Shown piece after piece: positions 38,368 to 46,660 of a stretch of DNA of 46,660 nt. Under the pieces are notes generated by a model that made no database searches, was not told the DNA's origin, and worked only from the letters and a program-made list of their open reading frames with translations. The DNA comes from Oscillospiraceae bacterium (lineage in GTDB: Bacteria > Bacillota > Clostridia > Oscillospirales > Ruminococcaceae). The position numbers and the translations under genes are program-made. The stretch's first letter is position 1, and every line of letters starts with the position of its first letter. Where the stretch lies: contig JALEQE010000102.1 of the NCBI GenBank assembly GCA_022766825.1, positions 1-46,660 on the forward strand, read 5' to 3'.

Positions 38368-39546
38368 ATGAGTTTAAGAACGACATTTGTAAACATATTC
38401 CGAAGTAAAACGCGTTCTCTGCTTACAATGGCGGGAATTGCGGTGGGAGTTTTTTCGGTGGTGCTGATTTCAACGGTGGGGGCGGCAGGAAAAGAGGAAG
38501 TAAGCAGTACGCTGCTTACAATGGGCGTCGATACTTTATTGGTTCAGCCGGCGGAAAATGCCGTTTCCGCGTCGCTCACCGACAGCGACGCCCGCGAAAC
38601 CGCGAAAATCGACGGCGTAAGTGATGTTATGCCGCTTATGGCAAGCGTTACCGAAGCGCACATAATAGACAGGCGGCTCGGCTCGTATGTGTGGGGCGTG
38701 GACAAATCCGCGGACACGCTAATCGCTCTTGAAGCAGAACACGGTCGGCTTATCAACAATTCCGACACCGCCGAAAGGGCGAAAGTGTGCGTTATTGACG
38801 AGGCTTTCGCTTTGCAAAGTTACGGCAGGAGCAATATTGTCGGGAAAAAGCTGAAAATGTGCCTCGGCGGAAAATACCACGAGTTTGAGATAGTCGGAAT
38901 TGCGAAATCGGGGCTTTCCTCTTTACAGAATATGCTGGCGAATATAATGCCGAATTTTATGTATATTCCGATAACGACGATGCAAAGTTTGTGCGGGCGG
39001 TCAACTTATGACAGGCTGGCTGTAAAGCTGTCAGACGCGACTTCCGACGACGCTATCGTAAAATGCGTGACGGGCAGACTTGACGAACTTCACGATTGCA
39101 AGGACGGTTACGAATGTAATAATCTTTTGGCGCAAAAGGGACAGCTTGACGATATTATGACGATTGTAACGACGGCATTGTCGCTTGTCGCGGGAATTTC
39201 GCTTGTCGTGTCGGGAATATCCGTTATGACAACAATGATGATGAGCGTTGGAGAGCGCACCCGCGAAATAGGTATCAAAAAGGCTATCGGAGCGAAACGG
39301 CGCGATATTTTGGCGGAATTTCTTTCCGAAAGCATAATAATGACGCTTTTGGGCTCGGCGGCGGGAACGGCTTTGGGTTTGCTTGTGGCATATATCGGCT
39401 GTATGATCGTGAATGTACCGTTTTCGGTAAACGTAAGCTCTCTGTTGATTTCAGCGGGAGCGGCGGCTTTGATAGGAGCGGTTTTCGGCGCGTTTCCTGC
39501 AGCAAAGGCGGCAAAAATGAAACCCGCCGACGCACTGAGAACGTAA
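38368..39546 (+). CDS. MacB/FtsX-like ABC permease
   Basis: RSLLTMAGIAVGV, SVGERTREIGIKKAIGA, PAAKAAKMKPADALR. Confidence 0.92.
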   Translation: MSLRTTFVNIFRSKTRSLLTMAGIAVGVFSVVLISTVGAAGKEEVSSTLLTMGVDTLLVQPAENAVSASLTDSDARETAKIDGVSDVMPLMASVTEAHIIDRRLGSYVWGVDKSADTLIALEAEHGRLINNSDTAERAKVCVIDEAFALQSYGRSNIVGKKLKMCLGGKYHEFEIVGIAKSGLSSLQNMLANIMPNFMYIPITTMQSLCGRSTYDRLAVKLSDATSDDAIVKCVTGRLDELHDCKDGYECNNLLAQKGQLDDIMTIVTTALSLVAGISLVVSGISVMTTMMMSVGERTREIGIKKAIGAKRRDILAEFLSESIIMTLLGSAAGTALGLLVAYIGCMIVNVPFSVNVSSLLISAGAAALIGAVFGAFPAAKAAKMKPADALRT

Positions 39547-39559
39547 AGGCGATTTTCGT

Positions 39560-39904
39560 ATGAGGAAAACACGGCTCGGTTTCTGGATAATTACGATTTT
39601 GTTCGCAATTGCGGCAGTGGTTTCGGTGTTTATATCGCCGCCGTTGGGTGTGTTTGGCGCGGTGGCGGTTGTTCTGGGGTGGAGTGCTTTTTTCGTTCAT
39701 TTCCGCACGATTGAATATGTCGCCGAGAAAGAGCGGATAATCATTCGTGAGGGCTTTTTTATTAAGTCCGAAACAATTATCCGAAAATCCGATATTTTGT
39801 GGGAAAACACGGTGAAAATCGGCTCTTGCGTGGTGGTTTCGGCAATTCACACTGCGGCGGGAAGAGCATTCTTGTTTTGCGATTTACACCAAGAAGTTTT
39901 TTAA
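39560..39904 (+). CDS. Small membrane protein, bPH_2-like
   Basis: Two TM helices followed by YxxxxxRIIIREGFF. Confidence 0.55.
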   Translation: MRKTRLGFWIITILFAIAAVVSVFISPPLGVFGAVAVVLGWSAFFVHFRTIEYVAEKERIIIREGFFIKSETIIRKSDILWENTVKIGSCVVVSAIHTAAGRAFLFCDLHQEVF

Positions 39905-39979
39905 CTTTTTGAACAGAGTTTTCAACAATCTGTAATTTGATTGAAAACGAAAAAGCGTTTTATTATCGGATTTATTAAA

Positions 39980-40017
39980 AAAACGGTTCTTTGCTTTGAA
40001 AAGTAAAGAACCGTTTT
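39980..40017. terminator. Bidirectional terminator
   Basis: aaaacggttctttgcttt...aaagtaaagaaccgtttt. Confidence 0.75.
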
Positions 40018-40045
40018 AATTATTTTAGTTTCGCTGTGTTTTCAT

Positions 40046-40216
40046 TTAACAACCGTCATTTTTGCCGTCGCTTACCGCTTTTGGCAAAAAATCGTATAAC
40101 TCATTGTAATTTTCTTCTCCTGTTCCGCTTGGCGTTGCGGGAATCAGTCCTGTGCAGTCGGTATCGGAAGAAACATTCATTTCACTATCGTGCGGGTCGG
40201 GATAAGGATAACCCAT
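40046..40216 (-). CDS. Small 56-aa acidic protein with a TDCTGLIP motif
   Basis: RBS GAAAGGAG; MGYPYPDPHDSEMNVSSDTDCTGLIPATPSGTGEENYNELYDFLPKAVSDGKNDGC*; followed by a terminator. Confidence 0.75.
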   Translation of the reverse strand: MGYPYPDPHDSEMNVSSDTDCTGLIPATPSGTGEENYNELYDFLPKAVSDGKNDGC

Positions 40217-40336
40217 AAAATCAGCTCCTTTCGGAAGTAGTATTTAACGTTCGGTTGGGTTTTATTCGGCAAATATCGACGCACCGTCATTTTGAATATA
40301 TTCTCCGAAAAAAGTTTGTTAAATATGTACAAGTTG

Positions 40337-40383
40337 TGTAACCGTTTTCAGACCTTGTAATTTTCCCGTTATTGTTGTATACT
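40337..40383 (+). promoter_or_regulatory. LacI/cre-type operator plus promoter of the GH94 gene
   Basis: TGTAACCGTTTTCA (40337..40350) fits TGWAANCGNTNWCA; then TTGTAA-17-TATACT. Confidence 0.6.
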
Positions 40384-40431
40384 TAAATTACGGTACACAA
40401 TACAGAAATTGTTTCGGAAAGGAATAAAACT

Positions 40432-42954
40432 ATGAAATTCGGACATTTTGACGACAACGCAAAAGAGTATGTGATAACATCTCCGCGAACTCCCTATCCG
40501 TGGATAAACTATCTCGGAACGCAGGGGTTCTTTTCACTGATTTCCAACACGGCGGGCGGCTATTGTTTTTACAAGGACGCGCGTCTGCGCCGCATTACGC
40601 GTTATCGTTACAACAACGTTCCCGTTGATATGGGCGGGCGGTATTTCTACATCAAGGACGGCGATACCGTATGGAATCCCGGTTGGAGTCCCGTAAAAAC
40701 CGAGCTTGACGAATACGAATGCCGTCACGGTCTGGGCTACACGATAATCACGGGCAAAAAGAACGGCGTTAAAGCGACGGTTAAGTTCTTTGTTCCGCAG
40801 GATTTCAACGGCGAAATTCAGAAAGTGACAATCACCAACGAGAGCGGTGAGAAAAAGTCGCTGAAACTCACAAGCTTTGTCGAATGGTGCTTGTGGGACG
40901 CAAACGACGACTCCACAAACTTCCAGCGCAACTTCAACACTGGCGAAGTCGAGATACAAGGCTCAACAATTTATCACAAGACCGAATACAAGGAACGCCG
41001 CGACCATTTTGCGTTCTATACCGTAAACACGGATATTCAAGGCTTTGATACCGACCGCGAGAGTTTCCTCGGACTTTACAATGGATTTGAGCGTCCCGAC
41101 GCCGTTTTCGAGGGCAAGCCGCACAATTCCGTCGCGGAGGGTTGGTCGCCCGTTGCATCGCATTACATAGAGCTTGAACTTGCTCCGGGCGAAAGCAAGG
41201 ACTTGGTATTCTGTCTGGGCTATGTGGAAATGCCCGTTGACGAAAAGTTCGACAAGAGCGGAAACTATGACGGAATAATCGCTTCCTATACAACCGACGG
41301 TTTGGGCAATAAAAAGCCGCTGAAAAACGTTATCAACAAGAAAAAAGCTCACGAAATGATGAGTATGTGCGATACTCCCGAAAAAGCGGATAAACTGTTC
41401 GATGAGCTTAAAGAGTACTGGAATAAGCTCCTCACGCAATACACGGTTAATTCTCCCGATGAGAAAGTCAACCGTATGGTAAATATCTGGAACCAGTATC
41501 AGTGTATGGTAACGTTCAATATGTCGCGCTCGGCGTCATATTTTGAAAGCGGTATTGGCAGAGGAATGGGCTTCCGCGACAGTAACCAGGATTTGCTCGG
41601 ATTTGTTCATCAGATACCCGAAAGAGCGCGCGAACGTCTTATCGACCTCGCCGCGACAATGCTCGAAGACGGCGGCGCGTATCATCAGTATCAGCCGCTT
41701 ACCAAAATGGGCAACCACGAACTCGGCTCGAACTTCAACGATGACCCGCTGTGGATGATACTTGCCGTTGCACAGTACATTAAGGAAACAGGCGATGTGT
41801 CCATTCTTAACGAGAAAGTGCCGTATGAAAACAAGACGGAGCTTGCCGATACAATGCTTGACCACTGCAAGCGCGCGTTCAATCACGTTTGCACGAAAAT
41901 CGGCCCGCACGGACTTCCGCTTTCGGGCCGCGCCGACTGGAACGACTGTCTTAACCTTTCGTGTTTCTCCGACAAGCCGGGCGAGAGTTTCCAAACCTAC
42001 AACAACAAGGAAGTATTCCCGAATCCGCCTTACTATTCACAAACCGCCGAATCCGTAATGATTGCGGGTATGTTCTGCTTTATAGGCCCCGAATACGCCG
42101 CAATGTGCAGACTGAAAGGCGACGAGAACGAGGCAAAGCGCGCCGACGCCGAAATCGACAAAATGCGCAAAGCAACCGTTGAATACGGCTATGACGGCGA
42201 ATGGTTCCTCCGCGCTTACGACCATAACGGCAACAAAGTCGGTTCTCACGAATGTGAAGAAGGCAAGATATTCATTGAGCCGCAGGGTTGGTGCGTTCTC
42301 GCGGGTCTTGGCAAAGACAAGGGCTATGACCTCAAAACGCTTGAAAGCGTTGACAAATATCTCAACACGGAACACGGTCTTGTACTTAACAATCCCGCTT
42401 TCACCACTTATAAAATCGAATACGGCGAGATTTCCACATATCCGGGCGGTTATAAGGAAAACGCGGGCGTGTTCTGCCACAACAACGCATGGGTTATCTG
42501 CGCTGAGGCGGCTGTCGGACACGGCGACAAAGCGTTTGAGTATTACAGCAAAATAGCTCCCGCGTTCCGTGAGGAAAAAAGCGATTTGCACCGTACAGAG
42601 CCGTATGTTTACGCACAGATGATAGCAGGCAAGGACGGCGCACGTCACGGCGAGGCAAAGAACTCGTGGCTGACGGGTACGGCGGCGTGGAATTTCGTGG
42701 CGATTTCGCAGTACATACTCGGTGTAAAACCGCAGTACAACGGCTTGCAGATAGACCCGTCAATTTCTCACGAATGGGACGGCTACACGGTTTCACGTCA
42801 ATTCCGCGGCGCAACGTACAATATCAAGGTAAACAATCCATCTCACGTTTGCGCGGGTGTAAAGTCTATGACGGTTGACGGAAAAGCCGTTGACGGCAAT
42901 ATTATTCCCGTGTTTGACGGCGGAGAACACACCGTTGAGGTTGTTCTCGGATAA
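40432..42954 (+). CDS. cbp: GH94 cellobiose phosphorylase
   Basis: [70 protein letters not shown]. Confidence 0.92.
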   Translation: MKFGHFDDNAKEYVITSPRTPYPWINYLGTQGFFSLISNTAGGYCFYKDARLRRITRYRYNNVPVDMGGRYFYIKDGDTVWNPGWSPVKTELDEYECRHGLGYTIITGKKNGVKATVKFFVPQDFNGEIQKVTITNESGEKKSLKLTSFVEWCLWDANDDSTNFQRNFNTGEVEIQGSTIYHKTEYKERRDHFAFYTVNTDIQGFDTDRESFLGLYNGFERPDAVFEGKPHNSVAEGWSPVASHYIELELAPGESKDLVFCLGYVEMPVDEKFDKSGNYDGIIASYTTDGLGNKKPLKNVINKKKAHEMMSMCDTPEKADKLFDELKEYWNKLLTQYTVNSPDEKVNRMVNIWNQYQCMVTFNMSRSASYFESGIGRGMGFRDSNQDLLGFVHQIPERARERLIDLAATMLEDGGAYHQYQPLTKMGNHELGSNFNDDPLWMILAVAQYIKETGDVSILNEKVPYENKTELADTMLDHCKRAFNHVCTKIGPHGLPLSGRADWNDCLNLSCFSDKPGESFQTYNNKEVFPNPPYYSQTAESVMIAGMFCFIGPEYAAMCRLKGDENEAKRADAEIDKMRKATVEYGYDGEWFLRAYDHNGNKVGSHECEEGKIFIEPQGWCVLAGLGKDKGYDLKTLESVDKYLNTEHGLVLNNPAFTTYKIEYGEISTYPGGYKENAGVFCHNNAWVICAEAAVGHGDKAFEYYSKIAPAFREEKSDLHRTEPYVYAQMIAGKDGARHGEAKNSWLTGTAAWNFVAISQYILGVKPQYNGLQIDPSISHEWDGYTVSRQFRGATYNIKVNNPSHVCAGVKSMTVDGKAVDGNIIPVFDGGEHTVEVVLG

Positions 42955-42980
42955 GTAACCGAACAATATACAGCATTATA

Positions 42981-43015
42981 AAACCGCTTTTGACGAATTG
43001 GTCAAAGGCGGTTTT
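42981..43015 (+). terminator. Intrinsic terminator
   Basis: aaaccgcttttgac...gtcaaaggcggtttt. Confidence 0.8.
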
Positions 43016-43075
43016 GTTGACAATAAAAGAAGTTTGTGCTATAATAAATTAAGATAAAAGCAAGGAGAAAGTAAA

Positions 43076-44251
43076 ATGTATCTCAAAGAAAAATTGCTGA
43101 AAATCCTTAAAATCAAAAACGTTATTTTTATTTGTCTGGCGATATTTGGTATTGTTGTATCGGTATTCAATATAATTTCTTTGATGTCGCATTACGGGAA
43201 TGATTGGGAAACTATTTTGAGTGCGCGTTCTATGCCCGCGAATATTACTTCTTTGATTGTTGACGCCGTACTTATAACCGAATCGTTGGTTTCGCGCCGT
43301 TTTATCGGCAACGCGTCGTTGTTTTCGGGTTATTTTGAAACCGACCTTGACGGTTATGTGTCTTTTGCCGACCTTGCCGCCGTTACGGGTAAAAGTGAAA
43401 AATCGGTAAACAGGCAATTGCGTTTATTCCGTAAACTGTATATGAAAGGTTTTGAACTACGGGAAAATCAAGCGGTTCTTGACAGCAAAACCTGCCTTTG
43501 TGAGTGTCAGAGTTGCGGCGGTGTTATCGAAAAGCGTGTTTATTTCACGGGCGTTTGTCCGTATTGCGGAAGTTCGGACTTGTTTGCCGCCGTCCTAACG
43601 GGAAACAGGTTTTACAGTATCACCAAAAATGTTTCCGAAGAAACAAAACAGCCGCAATACTATGCGGCAAAAAATCTCACGGCAAGAAAAGTGTTATTCT
43701 GCGTGCTTTTGTGTGTAATGCTTTCGCTGGCGGTAATATTGACAATGTATGGAATTTCCTGTATTGCAAATTATAACGATAAAGAATATCTCAAAAAAAT
43801 ATTACTGTCGGGCAAGAGCTATTCTTCTTTTGATCTGATAAAAAAGAGTATAGCGGACGATATTATAATGAGTTCGATTATTGTGGCGGCATGTGTTCCC
43901 GTAATAATCAACTGCGTTAAAAAAATCAAACGCAACATAACGGCAAATGAATGTTCGGGTTATTTCGCGAAAAGCAGAACGCCGTTCGTTTATGCCAACA
44001 AACTGCCGACCGTGAACAGAAGCAAAAACAAAGCCACCGCGATGAAATCCGTGAGAGGCGCAATGAGATTGCGTTATCTGAAAAACTGCGCTTTTGATTA
44101 TCATGCCAAATCCTTGAGGATTGCGCTCGGCGCAAAGGTCGTCAAAGACCGCTGTCCGTACTGCAACGGAGCGATTACGGGAGCTGTTGATGTAAATTAC
44201 ACCTGTCAATACTGCGGCAGAGTTATTATGAATGTTTTGGACAAAAAATAA
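43076..44251 (+). CDS. Hypothetical membrane protein made of two (2TM + zinc ribbon) modules
   Basis: CQSCG...CPYCG and CPYCN...CQYCG, each after a TM pair; promoter TTGACA-17-TATAAT at ~43017. Confidence 0.75.
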   Translation: MYLKEKLLKILKIKNVIFICLAIFGIVVSVFNIISLMSHYGNDWETILSARSMPANITSLIVDAVLITESLVSRRFIGNASLFSGYFETDLDGYVSFADLAAVTGKSEKSVNRQLRLFRKLYMKGFELRENQAVLDSKTCLCECQSCGGVIEKRVYFTGVCPYCGSSDLFAAVLTGNRFYSITKNVSEETKQPQYYAAKNLTARKVLFCVLLCVMLSLAVILTMYGISCIANYNDKEYLKKILLSGKSYSSFDLIKKSIADDIIMSSIIVAACVPVIINCVKKIKRNITANECSGYFAKSRTPFVYANKLPTVNRSKNKATAMKSVRGAMRLRYLKNCAFDYHAKSLRIALGAKVVKDRCPYCNGAITGAVDVNYTCQYCGRVIMNVLDKK

Positions 44252-44253
44252 AA

Positions 44254-44280
44254 GAGCTGCCACGGCAGCTCCTTTATTTT
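44254..44280. terminator. Terminator between convergent genes
   Basis: gagctgcc-ac-ggcagctc flanked by A/T runs. Confidence 0.65.
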
Positions 44281-44283
44281 TTG

Positions 44284-45630
44284 TCAGTCCGCGGCGTATC
44301 CTTTTTCGCGGACAACTTTTTCTATATCGTCAATGTGTTTACTGCAAATTTCCTTTGTTTGCGCCTCAACCATAATACGGAGCAACGGCTCTGTGCCGGA
44401 CGGACGAACAAGCACTCTTCCGTCCGTTCCGAGAGCGTTTTCGGCGGCATTTACGGCGGAGAGAACGTCCTCGTCATTCAAAACGATTTTCTTGTCGGTT
44501 ACGCGAACGTTTTTGAGTATCTGCGGGTAGGTTTTCATATCCTTTGCGAGTTCGGACAGTTTGCATTTTTTACCGCACATAGCCTGCATTATTTTCAGCG
44601 CGGTGACAATTCCGTCGCCCGTGTTTTCGTATTTTGAGAAAGTGATGTGTCCCGAATTTTCGCCGCCGAGAATAAATCCCTTTTCGCTCATACGTTCATA
44701 AACGTATTTGTCGCCGACATCGGTTTTTTCGTAATTTATTCCGAGTTCGTCAAACGCTTTGTATAAGCCGAGATTGGACATTACCGTTGTAACAACCGTG
44801 TTGCCTTCAAGCTTGCCGCGTTCTTTCAGATAACTGCCGTAAATGTACATAATTTTGTCGCCGTCAACGAGATTTCCGTTTTCGTCAACCGCAAGACATC
44901 TGTCAGCGTCACCGTCAAACGCGAAACCGCAGTCGAGCTGTTCTTCACGGACAAGCGCCATCAAGCCGTCAATGTGCGTAGAGCCGCAGTTGGTGTTGAT
45001 GTTGAAACCGTCGGGTTTGTTGTTTATGACGTATGTTTTCGCGCCGAGAGCGTCAAAAACGCTTTTCGCGATTGTAAACGCCGAACCGTTCGCGCAGTCA
45101 AGCCCTATGCGCTTTCCCTTGAATGAATACATCGCGAGCGAAATAAGGTATCCTATGTAGCGGTTACGTCCCGCAGAGTAGTCGGAGGCTCTGCCTATGT
45201 CGTGGTCCTGTGCGAGCGGGAGTTCGGGGATTTCGCCGTCAATATACTTTTCGATTTCGTCGATAACGTCCTCGTCCATTTTTTCGCCTTTGGAGTTGAA
45301 CAGCTTAATTCCGTTGTCGTAAAAGGGATTGTGACTTGCGCTTATCATAATTCCGCAGTCGAAGTCGTCCGTTCTCACAACACAAGATACGGACGGCGTT
45401 GTGGTGACGTGCATAAGATAAGCGTCCGCGCCCGAGGCGGTAAGTCCTGCAGTCAACGCGTATTCAAACATATACGAACTGCGGCGGGTGTCTTTGCCGA
45501 TAACCACCTGACAGCGGTGTTCCTTGCCGTAATACCAGCCGATAAACCTGCCTATTTTATAAGCGTGCTGAACGGTGAGTGTTTTGTTTGCCACTCCGCG
45601 AAAACCGTCCGTGCCGAAATATTTCGCCAT
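44284..45630 (-). CDS. glmM: Phosphoglucosamine mutase
   Basis: YFGTDGFRG, GKDTRRSS, ISASHNP, FDGDADR, VGDKYV, RPSGTEP. Confidence 0.96.
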   Translation of the reverse strand: MAKYFGTDGFRGVANKTLTVQHAYKIGRFIGWYYGKEHRCQVVIGKDTRRSSYMFEYALTAGLTASGADAYLMHVTTTPSVSCVVRTDDFDCGIMISASHNPFYDNGIKLFNSKGEKMDEDVIDEIEKYIDGEIPELPLAQDHDIGRASDYSAGRNRYIGYLISLAMYSFKGKRIGLDCANGSAFTIAKSVFDALGAKTYVINNKPDGFNINTNCGSTHIDGLMALVREEQLDCGFAFDGDADRCLAVDENGNLVDGDKIMYIYGSYLKERGKLEGNTVVTTVMSNLGLYKAFDELGINYEKTDVGDKYVYERMSEKGFILGGENSGHITFSKYENTGDGIVTALKIMQAMCGKKCKLSELAKDMKTYPQILKNVRVTDKKIVLNDEDVLSAVNAAENALGTDGRVLVRPSGTEPLLRIMVEAQTKEICSKHIDDIEKVVREKGYAAD

Positions 45631-45726
45631 AATTTTTCCTCTTTTCGTGAAATTCAGTTATCAAATCATATTTTAAAACCTTTTGTATTATATCATATTC
45701 GCGGCGAGGTTGTCAATATGTTTTTA

Positions 45727-45802
45727 AGGCAACACCGCACAAAGAACGCTTTAGTAAATTCCACTGTGGAATTTACTCGACAATAATTATGCGGTGTAGC
45801 CT
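45727..45802. mobile_element. Short MITE-like copy D with an internal perfect hairpin
   Basis: aggcaacaccgcacaa...agtaaattccac-t-gtggaatttact...ttatgcggtgtagcct. Confidence 0.78.
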
Positions 45803-46165
45803 ATTGACAAAATTGCGCGAAAGTTGTATAATTTGATTAGCAAATGCTATGTTATAACGAAATGTTATAACATTATCGTTAAATTAAGCGTTATATTGAA
45901 AATTGGGTAAAAAATGTATTTTTTAAAATTTACTGAAAAGGACAGAAAATGATGAAAAAAGCACGAATTTTAACAATTTTTTTAATTTCTGCAATTTTGC
46001 TTTCGGGTTGTAAAGCAAGCGAAACAAGCGAAAATTCAGACGCGGTATCTGTGTCAACCTCAACAAGCGAAACAAGCGCAGAAAGTTCTGTTGTATCTTC
46101 AGCTGTTTCAAGCGTAGAAAGTGCAAGTTCTGACGTTTCGACAGCAATCAGCAGTTCAAGTACGG
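45801..46165. repeat. Right arm of the long inverted repeat (partner 1..355)
   Basis: Direct comparison with the reverse complement of 1..355. Confidence 0.97.
45804..45873 (+). promoter_or_regulatory. Promoter plus 25-bp palindromic operator of the right lipoprotein copy
   Basis: TTGACA-17-TATAAT (45804..45832); ATGTTATAAC-GAAAT-GTTATAACAT (45849..45873). Confidence 0.78.
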
Positions 46166-46660
46166 TAATTTCTAGCGTTGAAAGTACGTCAACTGCCCCC
46201 ACCGAAACCACGACAAGCGAACCAACAAGCAAACCCGAACCGACAACCAGTACCACCACTGAAACCAGCACCCCCGCCCCCCAACCCGCCCCCCAATGGA
46301 CGGAAACACCCACAAGCGGCACGATGTACGTCAACATGTCCTGCTTTAGCAGGGCAAAGGCGGTGCTTGGTGCGGAAAAGGTGAAACAGTATTTCCTGAA
46401 TGACGCAGTGACCGTGACAGCAAGAGCAACATCAGCATCAACGGGCGACATATACTACAAAGTTGCAGAGGGCGAATTTATCCACAGCGACTACCTCTCT
46501 AGCAGCAAAATAGTAATACAATCAGCAACCTAGCGGTAACGAAAGCCAGCCGAGCCAACAGCCGACAACTCCGTCTAGCAGCAACAACAACCAACCATCT
46601 AGCAACGGCACCCCCAATGCATTAGATACCAAGGTTGAGAATGGCAAGTCATATGTGTAT
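45949..46660 (+). CDS. Ser/Thr/Pro-rich surface lipoprotein with SH3-like domain; stop at 46533 with apparent +1-frame continuation
   Basis: Lipobox LSGC; S/T/P linker; WTE...MYVN...YYKV...FIHSDYLS; the +1 frame from 46517 reads NQQPSGNESQPSQQPTTPSSSNNNQPSSNGTPNALDTKVENGKSYVY to the window end. Confidence 0.75.

Noticed and set aside
9748-40332. Recurring TTGT-N8-10-ACAA dyads near promoters (9748, 30167, 31746, 40316)
   Set aside because: Spacing is inconsistent and the context AT-rich; cannot be separated from chance without a motif-enrichment test
15567-45802. CRISPR array interpretation of the recurring ~18-bp motif
   Set aside because: Copies are dispersed and inverted rather than regularly spaced direct repeats; no cas genes

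Overview
This is a ~46.7 kb chromosomal segment of a spore-forming, fibre-degrading Clostridia bacterium, probably Oscillospiraceae/Ruminococcaceae (inferred from gene content). Housekeeping genes include mnmE, ychF, thrS, rpmH-rnpA-yidD-yidC-jag (no adjacent dnaA), darA-holB-ricT-coaX, secA, glmM, dacF, spoVAC/D/E and a ferredoxin. Mannan/cellobiose catabolic genes (GH26-like, GH130, cellobiose 2-epimerase, GH94) are scattered across the window. Main points of interest: (1) an unassigned ~370-nt highly structured, apparently independently transcribed non-coding RNA divergent from secA; (2) a ~355-bp inverted repeat at both ends, each copy holding a promoter, a 25-bp palindrome and the 5' part of a Ser/Thr-rich lipoprotein gene, with the right copy frameshifted further downstream; (3) a T-box-less thrS leader with a tRNA-Thr anticodon-mimic hairpin; (4) a second SecA ending in a MinD-like amphipathic tail; (5) a GH26 lipoprotein lacking both catalytic glutamates; (6) a modular MITE-like repeat family with 7 copies or ends; (7) two genes broken only by in-frame TGA codons, and unannotated small ORFs. 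All calls come from reading the sequence by eye; no searches or folding programs were run.
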